A DNA stretch of 64,000 nucleotides from Anthoceros angustus (lineage: Eukaryota; Plantae; Anthocerotophyta). Location: NCBI GenBank assembly GCA_010909165.1, contig MU008225.1:99440-163439 (forward strand), read 5' to 3'. Numbering within the stretch: position 1 is the first letter of the stretch; the number at the start of each line of letters is the position of its first letter. Positions 29,192-39,572 of the stretch are shown here, piece after piece. The position numbers were made by a program, and so were the translations under genes. The notes under the pieces were generated by a model. That model saw only the letters and a program-made list of their open reading frames with translations, made no database searches and had not been told where the DNA came from.

Positions 29192-29833
29192 CCTCCGGGT
29201 CCCTATTTTGACAGACTGCAGACCTGCCCGGGGCATAATTCTCTCCAGCAGCAGTAGGCTCCGCACCCGAGGCCAAACAAGGAAAGAAGCCTATCTTCAG
29301 TTGCTCTCCAGCTCATCACCCGTCCGTGCGGAAAGCGCATGCAAGAAACGGCTTGCGCGGCAAATTTCGCTTCATTCGCATTCTGCTTCCGCCATGCGCA
29401 TTGCCAAGTGCGAAACAACGCTGCTCCAGCAGGGAACGACTCGGAGACGTCTCATCAGGTGCTGATATTTCGGCCTTCCACGCCGACTTGCCAAGACCGT
29501 GGCGAGAGATAATCTTTAGAATCCACGGGAGCCTGGAGCAACATAAACTGCATACCATAAGACCGCCATGTTCTACATATCTAGCCTTCTGGAAGTCGAT
29601 TCCGACAACGCCTGGCGATGCTGCTGAAAATACTGCCGATGTTCGGATCACAGTAGGTGCCTATTCTTGTTCATTTCCTCATAGCTACCTGGGTGTCGAA
29701 AGAATTTTCCAGTTTCTGTGTCTAATTTTAATTTTTTTATGTAGTTTCCCGAATAGTGAAGGAAGTCCCCTGTCTCAGGGCTACTTGATTCAATTTCAAA
29801 CACGGTCATCCTGGAATGCCAAGCTTGATTCAA

Positions 29834-31320
29834 TTCCTGAGACGACTCATTTCATGGATGTGAAGCTCCGAGCCGACCGCGCCCAGGGCGTGTGCTGCAT
29901 GTGAATCGCTCTTGCTGCATGCATATGCTGAGTGCCCAGAAGCACCACATGTAGTGCAGGTGCTACAATTTCGGAATCGGCCCTGCCCAATTTCAGTGAT
30001 CGCTCAGGAGATCGATCACGTCTGTCCGTTTGCTCAAGGTTTGCCATCTACAGTTTGTGATACAAAAAGCTGAGGCACCTGACAGGAAGAGCTGTTGTAC
30101 AGCACAGCTCCAGCACAGTATGAGAGGGGATGGTAGTGCAGGTAGAGACGGCAGCAGAGGAGGAAGACCTGTTGCCAGGAGGGGCGCCAGAGCTTTAGGC
30201 GGGGCTAGCCCAGCCGGGGATCCTTTGCCAGAATCCTCACTGCCTCCCCTGCTGAGAGCCCGGCATCCCCTGCCACCGAGTACCTGGCCTCGTCCCCTGC
30301 CGAGTACCTGGCCTCCTCCCCTGCTGAGTATCCGGCCTCGAACTCTCCCCCTGCGGAGTACGTACCGGCCCCCCCCCGCAGAGTGCCCGGCCTCCAGGCA
30401 ATTCTGGCAGGGGGGCCTCCACATCAGGCAGGCGGATGTGGAGGGCCTGTGCCCGTCCAGCCGGATTACCTGTCGGATGACGAACCTCACACACCAACAG
30501 CAGAAGAGCTCCGCAGGGTGATGGCGCAGGCGTGGGAGACGCTTCTTCAGAGCAGTCGCACTCCGCAGCGCTGGTCCGTGGCATCGGGCAGGGCCAACTC
30601 GGAGGAGTCCGACTCCGACTTGGGGGAGATTTTGATTGCGTTCACGAGGGCCATGGAGATCAGGGACACTCGGCGTGCGCCCAATATGAGCATGACGGCT
30701 CCGACGCCGCCCAGTAACATCATGCCGCGGCCCATCGTGAGCTCAGATACAAATCGGCACGCCGGCCCTCAGGTTGCAGGCACATTGATGCAACCTTACG
30801 GACGATCGCGAGGAGGAGCTGGACGAGGTAACGTCATGCCGCGGCCCACCGTGAGCCCAGGTGGAGACCGGCACGCCCGCCCTCAGGTTGCAGCCACATT
30901 GATGCACCCTCAGGTTGCAGCCACATTGATGCACCCTCAGGTTGCAGCCACATTGATGCACCCTCAGGTTGCAGCCACATTGATGCACCCTCAGGTTGCA
31001 GCCGCACTGATGCACCCTCAGGTCGCAGCCACATTGATGCACCCTCACGGGCGAGGAGGAGCTGGGCGAGGTTATGTCATACCGGGGCTTATCGCGAGCC
31101 CTGGTGCAGGTCGGCACGCCGGCCCTCAGGTTGCAGCCACACCGATGCAACCTCACGGGCGAGGAGGAGCTCGACGACGTCCAGACTCAACGATAGATAA
31201 CTCTGTCCATGTTAACCACGTCCTGTGCATGAGATTGATTTGTTTTGCAGCAGCAGCTTGTTCCACTGCAAGGGCACTGCATAAAGTCGGATGCCAATAA
31301 CGCTAGGAAACATCATTGAT
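29834..31320 (+). other. Orphan low-complexity unit A (possible spliced or frameshifted gene); paralogous to 32007-32900
   Basis: Shares ATTCCTGAGACGACTCAT..., TTTGCTCAAGGTTTGCC...AAAGCTGAGGCACCTG... and CTCTGTCC.TGTTAAC...TTGCAGCAG blocks with unit B. Contains a 305-aa Pro/Arg/Gly-rich ORF with no recognised domain. Confidence 0.45.
30881..31047 (+). repeat. 27-bp minisatellite CCTCAGGTTGCAGCCACATTGATGCAC x6 (encodes HPQVAATLM), with flanking single copies at ~30766 and ~31123
   Basis: Directly visible tandem copies; the ORF track shows (HPQVAATLM)n. Confidence 0.9.
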
Positions 31321-31559
31321 AGCAGTTTGATCAATCTCAATCACGACTTGTCCTTCTGAGGAGATAGGGCAAACAAGGGAGATGCATATGGACCTTTTTA
31401 GGAGGAATTGTCTTCTGTGCACCAATTTGCACTATGTACCTAGATAGCTACACAGTCTTGCAAGTGCCAGTGCTTTGGTGGAAGCACAAGAGTGTTCGAT
31501 GCATCGTCCAAGACAACCGTGGGGGTTTGGAATGCTACTTTCGGGGGTATGCTGACCTG

Positions 31560-31890
31560 ATCGTTTTGCAGCTCTACTCGGCAGGGGTGCAGCCAGATTG
31601 TTGGACATTTCCCAGCTTACTCCGAGCATGCATAAGCCTGTTAGAAAGTGATGAGGCTATTGTTTGTTCATGGATCGCTCACACCAGATACCGGCAGACA
31701 GGCAAGGAAATCCATGCCCAAATTCTCAAGGAGAGGTACGAGTCAGACATCGTGGTTGGCAATGCTCGGGTGCAAATGTATGCCAAATGTGGGAACATGG
31801 TAGATGCTCAAATGGTTATCGATTCATTGTCCCAGCGTGATGCGGTGTCATGGAAAGCAATGGCAGCACGGTATGGCCAGCAAGGGCCGA
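31560..31890 (+). pseudogene. PLS-PPR gene relic (2-3 degenerate motifs)
   Basis: GVQPDCWTFPSLLRAC...GKEIHAQILKERYESDIVVGNARVQMYAKCGNMVDAQMVIDSLSQRDAVSWKAMAARYGQQG, flanked by non-PPR sequence. Confidence 0.75.
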
Positions 31891-32006
31891 CTGAAAATGT
31901 AGCTCTTCAATCCTGGACCAGGCGGACGGGACCAGCTAGGGTTAGGAAGATATATCAGTACAGCGACCCTTCCACCCTCCACATGTTGCGCTGTAATGCA
32001 GAGACA

Positions 32007-32900
32007 TTCCTGAGACGACTCATGGGATGGATTTGACGCTCCAAGCCGATCGCCCCGGGCGTGTGCTGCATACGAATCGCCTTGCTGCTTGCATATGCTG
32101 AGTGCCCAGTTGCTACTCCAGACAGTTTAGATGCTGCAATGAGTGTCCCAGAGACTAGATCCATCTTGAATCGGAATCGGCCTTGCCCATTTTCAGTGAT
32201 TCGCTCATGAGATCACGTCTGAGCGTTTGCTCAAGGTTTGCCTTCTACAGGTCGTCATACGTAAAGCTGAGGCACCTGGTAAGAGGAGGTGCTGTACAGT
32301 ACAGCTTCAGCATAGTATGGTGACGGATCGCAGTGCAGCCAGAGGCGGCAGCAGAGAAGGAACACCTCCCAGAGAAATTGCTCACAGGAGGCGCTCCGAG
32401 GTAGCAGCCGCGCTTCGTTTGCAGACATCCGCACTGCCTCTTCAGCCGGATCGCAGGCCTCCCACAAATGCCGCCGGGGGGGGCCTCCACGGCATCGGCG
32501 GCCGTTTTTCTTTCCTGCTGGATCTCGATCCTTTCCAGCCAATAGAGCAGGCGGGGCCGCATCCGCGGATCCTTGCCGGAATCTCCTCAGCCTGTCTTGC
32601 GGGGTGATCCTCCCGATAATGCTGCCAGGGGGCCCTCCAGTGACATCACGGATGCTCCGCAGCGTGCAGCGGAGGCTCCGGAGCCGCCGCCGGCCATGTG
32701 AGCCCAACTAGAGATGGGCACGCCGGAAGGGGGCTGCAACCTCCCGGGCGAGGAGAAGCGAGGGAGGGGCCAGGAAGAGCTCCACCAAGTTCAGAATCGA
32801 CGGTCGGTACCTCTGTCCGTGTTAACAACGCCCTGTGTGTGAAATTAATTTGTGTTGCAGCAGGAATTTGTTCCACCAAGTGATCCTTGCAACTCTGTTT
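32007..32900 (+). other. Orphan unit B, diverged paralog of unit A
   Basis: Homologous 5' blocks and putative acceptor region shared with 29834-31270; the GC-rich middle differs. Confidence 0.45.
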
Positions 32901-33408
32901 CTCAGATTCGTTGCCCACCATTACCACAAATTCGAAAGCGCGGATCCGGAGAAGGCCATGTAGATGAGGCTGATTCAGGTTTGCCTCCGAGCACTCCCAA
33001 GAGGAGCCGACTGTAATGCGATCGGAACTGAGCTCTGCGCCTTTCCTGCATGCGCAGAAATTTGTACACCATGTCGGGCGAGCGAACGACGTGCGTGATA
33101 TGTAAAAGTAGTGGGCGCAGGAGCGGTATGCAGCAGGAATTTGTTCCACCAAGTGATCCTTGCAACTCTGTTTCTCAGATTCGTTGCCCACCATTACCAC
33201 AAATTCGAAAGCGCGGATCCGGAGAAGGCCATGTAGATGAGGCTGATTCAGGTTTGCCTCCGAGCACTCCCAAGAGGAGCCGACTGTAATGCGATCGGAA
33301 CTGAGCTCTGCGCCTTTCCTGCATGCGCAGAAATTTGTACACCATGTCGGGCGAGCGAACGACGTGCGTGATATGTAAAAAGTAGTGGGCGCAGGAGCGG
33401 TATGCAGC
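32856..33408 (+). repeat. Near-perfect 273/274-bp tandem duplication (2 copies)
   Basis: TGCAGCAGGAATTTGTTCCACCAAG...GGAGCGGTA occurs at 32856 and 33129. The only difference noticed is one A in an A-run. Confidence 0.92.
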
Positions 33409-34685
33409 GGGATATCATACCTTCATATTTGATAATCAAACTCGTAACAGATTTGGCTTCTCCTATCAGCAACAGGCGACAAATAGAGGTGTTCTTCATA
33501 CTTGGAGCCCAACATATAAGCAAAGCGAAGTGACAGCTCTAGCTGGGTGTTCTCCAATATGCTTAGATGGCTAGTTGAAGGTCATGGCTCCATTTTAAAG
33601 CGTAGATCCAGTTATTTCCAAGTTTGTTCTCCAGTTTACCGACCGGTTTGAGGTGTGAGAATCTTGTATGTTAGATCATTCATCGTACTATGCATGAAGT
33701 TTGGACTAGCCCTATACATAGAATTAGAGCTTGCTTGATGTAGAAGGTGAAGCTAAAAACGCTGGTCCACAATGGAAGGGATTATGCAAGTGTCGGAGAC
33801 TCGGATGCCTAGGAGGCTAACAAACATCATTGATAGCATTTTTGATAAATCACAGCTTGCCCTTGAAGAAGGCGTCTTCATTGCACCTACATGCATACAC
33901 GGTTTTGCCGCCATTTCCAGTAAGTGTGAAGGAGCCTGCAGGTCAGATTATATCTACTGGTTCGCACAACTGCAGTGGAGTAGATGTTGTAAACTTAAGA
34001 GAAACTCTGCGGAATGTCCATTTCGTTGATGGAGATTTTTCAAGGACGTCACAGTGTTAGCATTGCTGATCCTATCCCTGGCGTCCGGGTTGGTGGAAAC
34101 AACCAGCGATGTCCATCATTAACAGGAACAGAAAGCTGGAAGTGGATTAAACACCTAGGCAACCAGCTGGCCTCTTTCAATCCTGGTAGACACTTTGTCG
34201 ATGACCTGTTTCGGCCCGCCATTCGTCAAAAACTGCCAGAAGGAAGGCGTGGAATGTAAACCATGGGAATAATGATCCAGCAGTGCAGCGGGTGACAGTG
34301 CGTGTAGCACAAGTTTCCTTGTCAGCGGTGGAGAGATGCGGATGTCGAGCGATATGCAGACCAGTTCGCTTAAATGCAGGTGGGTGGCTACTGTATGTAC
34401 ATACGGTACTTGGTGTTGTTCCGTTGCCAAATGGAAATGGAAGCAATTGCTGTAAACGACTGCCATTGGAAGCGCATTGAGCATTAACCAACTTCTTCGC
34501 GTTTCCGTTGATGAACACCAGCCGGGTTTTGAAAGTGAGGCGGGCTGCACTGCAACTTCTGTGTCTCAACTCCATCCAGGAAAACACATCCAGGAAACAA
34601 ATCCAGGAGACACTTGCTGGGCATGAGCTTGCGTCCCAAGGGTTCTATATCCCCTTCCCAGGCGTTTCTCATCGGACTGGGACTT

Positions 34686-36136
34686 GGTGAAGTACCTGGT
34701 AGCCACGGCTGCGAGCTAACTCGATTATGCTTTTCCGGGTAACGCCCGAGAGAATCGTACCACGCAATGCTGGAGTGACAATTGCACCATTCTGCAGTGT
34801 AACTAGGGCATCAGAGTCATGAGCTCCACAGAGCAAAAGTACCTCCACAACCATGCTGCTAAACTTCACCCTCACCTTGAACATGAAGATGTTGCACGAC
34901 GACACCTCTTCCACGTACTTGTTTTCCACAGCATCGAGGTAGAGTACGTCAGAATACCCTTTCCCTTTGCTGCCAACTGTGTCTTCAAAACCTGTAAGAT
35001 TAGGGCGATAAGTGAGGCACTAAACATATCAGGGGACTGTCGCACTACCACGAGCGGTTCGGATGAAATCTTACAGGAGCATAGTTGCCTATCGTTTTCA
35101 CCCCACCAGTTCCTCCAGGTGCGGCTCGATGGTAGAATTCTTCCACCTTGAGTGAAATCGGTGCCAGACCTTCCTAACATAAGGTGTAAAGAAGACAGTA
35201 TTAAGCTATGCAGGCAGACTTTAGTGCAGAAGGTGACTTCCTTCTCAAAGAATCGACCAAGTGAACCCGGCAGTCCAAGGAATGGATATGCCACCAAAGG
35301 GCCTAAAGCTTACCTTGAAATAATTGCCAACTGGAGACACGTAAATGACGAAGGTGTACTCGCTTGCGGAGCCAACCCCAGAACAGCTCCAGTTCCAAGA
35401 AGAAGGGGTCTAATGTACAAAGAGCCTTTGCCTGTGGGAGGAATCTGTTCAACAGCGCAAGCCCACTAATTACCATCAATCAGGCAATGGCCTCACCATT
35501 GAGAAATGCCACATTATATAAGAAGATTAACATACCCAGCGCTTATTTGCGAGCACGGCCTCCTTCACCCCGTTCACAAAGGCATCCACTGAAGGTGCGG
35601 GCATACTGAGTCTGTCAGCACCAAGTTGCATGCGAAGAGCATTTTCCTCTGGCCTGAACAATAGAATCTGCCCACTCTCAGTCCTGTAGGCTTTCAGGCC
35701 CTCAAACAAACCCTGCAGTCAAGAAAAGCGCCATAGTCGATTCAGGCTCAAGGATTACAAGCCGAAACCCTTCCATACCATTAGAAAAACGACACTGTGC
35801 GGGAAAAAGACCAAATCAACCACACAAGTACAGTCCAGGACGCTGCCCGTAATACCTGCCCGTAATTCAACACTGCTGCTGACGGACTCATTTCCAAATT
35901 ACCGAAAGGCAACAATTCACCCTTCTGCCAATGCCCGTTAGCATCATACTTCATAACGTACATGCGATCAGTCGGTCGGATTCCAAACCCTAGATTGTCC
36001 ACATCAATGCCTGAAAACGCATCCAGGTCACTGGAATAGGCCACACATCCCTCAGGGCACATCAACGGATGCAGCAAACCAAAACTGTATGACGTGAACA
36101 ACCAACACTATCCATCCAGCTGCTGACAACAAAGGC
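34686..36136 (-). pseudogene. BCAT: Internal, intron-containing duplicate of BCAT (copy of 27375-28831), lacking both ends
   Basis: Co-linear with 27375-28831. Five small deletions (6 nt total, four in homopolymers) were seen and no substitutions were noticed. Confidence 0.88.
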
Positions 36137-36300
36137 TGGGGCCCTTTCCTCACCATTGACGGCCAGCACCATACCCAAGTAGCGCAAGCAACCACGGCCC
36201 CAAAAGAACACCACTATTAAGCGCCCTCGCCCTCGATCAGACCTGGGATGGGTGTCCTTACATCATCTACTACATAGTACAAAGCCTTAGCCTTAGCCTT
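36137..36300 (+). mobile_element. 5S-rRNA-derived element (SINE3/Cassandra-like Pol III internal promoter), inverted relative to the array; copy 1
   Basis: 36199-36258 aligns ungapped to the 5S internal control region (46/60): TTAAGCGCCCT A-box, GATCAG, CTGGGATGGGTG C-box. 3' tail AAAGCCTTAGCCTTAGCCTTGG. Confidence 0.6.
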
Positions 36301-36900
36301 GGCTGCCGGCAGCCCGGCCCCGAGTCATTCTTTGTGACGGCGTGTGTGTGACGCTTTTGTGGGGCCCGGGTCATTCTTTGTGACGGCGTGTGTGACGCTT
36401 TTGTTGAGGGTGATAAAAGTGGAGGGCGCAGAAATGCCTTGAAGAAAGGGTGATAAAAGTGGAGGGTGGGGCAGAAATGCCTTGAATAAAGAAAGGGTGA
36501 TACAAGTGGAGGGTGGGGCAGGAAATGCCTTGAATAAAGGGTGATAAAAGTGGAGGCAGGACATGAAATACTTTGAATAAAGGGTGATAAAAGTGGAGGG
36601 TGATTGGATTATGTAGGCAATAAACGGGTGATTGGATTATGTAGGCAATAAATGGGTGATTGAATTATGTAGGCAGCAAAAGGTACTTCAATTCTCTAGG
36701 ATCAGCAAATGGTGATTCAATTCTAGGAATGAGCTGGGTTTGGGTGCCATATAGTGTGTGATGTAGGGAAGTAGGAGTTGGGTTTCATTTTATTTATTCA
36801 TAGGCATGGATTTTATTCATAGAGGTGTGAGGTGTGTGATGTGGGCAGGACATGGGAGTTGGGTTTTGTTTTATCCATGAAGCTTTCAAAGAGGAGAGAA

Positions 36901-36994
36901 AGGGTGCAGCACCGGACTTCCGGAGGTCACCCATCCAGTACTGATCCGCCCAAGGGCGCTTAACTGCGGAGTTCGATGGGATCTCGACCGCACC
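36901..36994 (-). rRNA. 5S rRNA: 5S rRNA copy with apparent internal deletion near the 5' end
   Basis: Matches the 38671-38788 copy but lacks most of the CATACCAGGGCTACTACACC segment. Confidence 0.7.
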
Positions 36995-37669
36995 ACGTGT
37001 ACCAAGGGCGTCCACGTGGAGCAACACGTGCTGGCATCCGCCTTGGCCGCCGGCAGCCTGCCCCGAGGTCATTCTTTGTGACGGCGTGTGTGTGACGCTT
37101 TTGTGGGGCCCGGGGTCATTCTTTGTGACGGCGTGTGTGTGTGACGTTTTCTTTTGTTGAGGGTGATAAAAAGTGGAGGGCGCGGCAAGAAATGCCTTGA
37201 AGAAAGGGTGATAAAAGTGGAGGGTGGGGCAGGAAATGCCTTGAATAAAGAAAGGGTGATACAAGTGGAGGGTGGGGCGGGAAATGCCTTGAATAAAGGG
37301 TGATAAAAGTGGAGGGCAGGACATGAAATACTTTGAATAAAGGGTGATAAAAGTGGAGGGTGATTGGATTATGTAGGCAATAAACGGGTGATTGGATTAT
37401 GTAGGCAATAAATGGGTGATTGAATTATGTAGGCAGCAAAAGGTACTTCAATTCTCTAGGATCAGCAAATGGTGATTCAATTCTCTAGGAATGAGCTGGG
37501 TTTGGGTGCCATATAGTGTGATGTAGGGAGGAAGTAGGAGTTGGGTTTGGGTTTCATTTTATTTATTCATAGGCATGGATTTTATTCATAGAGGTGTGAG
37601 GTGTGTGATGTGGGCAGGACATGGGAGTTGGGTTTTGTTTTATCCATGAAGCTTTCAAAGAGGAGAGAA

Positions 37670-37780
37670 AGGGTGCAGCACCGGACTTCCGGAGGTCACC
37701 CATCCAGTACTGATCCGGCCCAAGGGCGCTTAACTGCGGAGTTCGATGGGATCCGTGTAGTAGCCTGGTATGACCGCACC
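37670..37780 (-). rRNA. 5S rRNA: 5S rRNA copy (single-base indels)
   Basis: Co-linear with the intact copy; differs by 1-nt deletions, mostly in homopolymers. Confidence 0.85.
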
Positions 37781-37864
37781 ACGTGTACCAAGGCGTCCAC
37801 GTGGAGCAACACGTGCTGGCATCCGCCTTGGCCGCCGGCAGCCCGGCCCCGAGGGTCATTCTTT

Positions 37865-38009
37865 ATTGACGGCCAGCACCATACCCAAGTAGCGCAAGCA
37901 ACCACGGCCCCAAAGAACACCACTATTAAGCGCCCTCGCCCTCGATCAGACCTGGGATGGGTGTCCTTACATCATCTACTACATAGTACAAAGCCTTAGC
38001 CTTAGCCTT
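37865..38009 (+). mobile_element. 5S-derived inverted element, copy 2 (5'-truncated)
   Basis: Matches 36155-36300 except one A; flanked by a ~40-bp direct repeat of spacer sequence. Confidence 0.5.
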
Positions 38010-38670
38010 GGCCGCCGGCAGCCCGGGCCCCCGAGGGGTCATTCTTTGTGACGGCGTGTGTGTGTGACGTTTTGTGGGGCCCGGGGTCATTCTTTGTGAC
38101 GGCGTGTGTGTGACGCTTTTGTTGAGGGTGATAAAAAGTGGAGGGCGCGGCAGGAAATGCCTTGAAGAAAGGGTGATAAAAGTGGAGGGTGGGGCAGGAA
38201 ATGCCTTGAATAAAGAAAGGGTGATACAAGTGGAGGGTGGGGCGGGAAATGCCTTGAATAAAGGGTGATAAAAGTGGAGGCGGGGACATGAAATACTTTG
38301 AATAAAGGGTGATAAAAGTGGAGGGTGATTGGATTATGTAGGCAATAAGCGGGTGATTGGATTATGTAGGCAATAAATGGGTGATTGAATTATGTAGGCA
38401 GCAAAAGGTACTTCAATTCTCTAGGATCAGCAAATGGTGATTCAATTCTCTAGGAATGAGCTGGGTTTGGGTGCCATATAGTGTGTGATGTAGGGAGGGA
38501 AGTAGGAGTTGGGTTTGGGTTTCATTTTATTTATTCATAGAGGTGTGATGTAGGGAGGGAAGTAGGAGTTGGGTTTTGTTTTATTCATAGAGGTGTGAGG
38601 TGTGTGATGTGGGCAGGGACATGGGAGTTGGGTTTTGTTTTATCCATGAAGCTTTCAAAGAGGAGAGAAA

Positions 38671-38788
38671 AGGGTGCAGCACCGGGACTTCCCGGGAGGT
38701 CACCCATCCCAGTACTGATCCGGCCCAAGGGCGCTTAACTGCGGAGTTCTGATGGGATCCGGTGTAGTAGCCCTGGTATGACCGCACC
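38671..38788 (-). rRNA. 5S rRNA: 5S rRNA, best-preserved copy (118 nt) followed by a TTTT Pol III terminator
   Basis: Reverse complement reads GGTGCGGTCATACCAGGGCTACTACACCGGATCCCATCAGAACTCCGCAGTTAAGCGCCCTTGGGCCGGATCAGTACTGGGATGGGTGACCTCCCGGGAAGTCCCGGTGCTGCACCCT. Helix I (GGTGCGG/CTGCACC), A-box and C-box are intact. Confidence 0.95.
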
Positions 38789-38824
38789 ACGTGTACCAAG
38801 GGCGTCCACGTGGACCAACACGTG
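38788..38824 (-). promoter_or_regulatory. 5S upstream flank with three CACGTG motifs and no TATA-like element (repeated in most units)
   Basis: CACGTG at 38788-38793, 38807-38812 (inside palindrome GTCCACGTGGAC) and 38819-38824. Confidence 0.5.
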
Positions 38825-39463
38825 CTGGCATCCGCCTTGGCCGCCGGCAGCCCGGGCCCCCGAGGGGTCATTCTTTGTGACGGCGTGTGTGTGTGACGTT
38901 TTGTGGGGCCCGGGGTCATTCTTTGTGACGGCGTGTGTGTGTGACGTTTTGTTGAGGGTGATAAAAAGTGGAGGGCGCGGCAGGAAATGCCTTGAAGAAA
39001 GGGTGATAAAAGTGGAGGGTGGGGCAGGAAATGCCTTGAATAAAGAAAGGGTGATACAAGTGGAGGGTGGGCGGAAATGCCTTGAATAAAGGGTGATAAA
39101 AGTGGAGGCGGGGACATGAAATACTTTGAATAAAGGGTGATAAAAGTGGAGGGTGATTGGATTATGTAGGCAATAACGGGTGATTGGATTATGTAGGCAA
39201 TAAATGGGTGATTGAATTATGTAGGCAGCAAAAGGTACTTCAATTCTCTAGGATCAGCAAATGGTGATTCAATTCTCTAGAATGAGCTGGGTTTGGGTGC
39301 CATATAGTGTGTGTGATGTAGGGAGGAAGTAGGAGTTGGGTTTGGGTTTCATTTTATTTATTCATAGGCATGGATTTTATTCATAGAGGTGTGAGGTGTG
39401 TGATGTGGGCAGGGACATGGAGTTGGGTTTTGTTTTATCCATGAAGCTTTCAAGAGGAGAGAA

Positions 39464-39572
39464 AGGGTGCAGCACCGGACTTCCGGAGGTCACCCATCCC
39501 AAGATCCGGCCCAAGGGCGCTTAACTGCGGAGTTCTGATGGGATCCGTGTAGTAGCCTGGTATGACCGCACC
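39464..39572 (-). rRNA. 5S rRNA: 5S rRNA copy
   Basis: Co-linear with the intact copy; small indels around CAGTACTG. Confidence 0.8.

Noticed and set aside
33420-34685. Short ORFs between the tandem duplication and the BCAT copy
   Set aside because: No recognisable domain in the frames inspected; a gene call cannot be supported.
36137-36281. Complete Cassandra TRIM or solo LTR (TG...CA with AAGGC/AAGCC flanks)
   Set aside because: No second LTR, PBS or PPT, and the termini match only at TG/CA with an imperfect TSD; kept only as an alternative explanation.
36284-36300. (GCCTTA)n and TTGGGTTTGGG as telomeric repeats
   Set aside because: Neither matches TTTAGGG or TTAGGG, and there are only 2-3 units.
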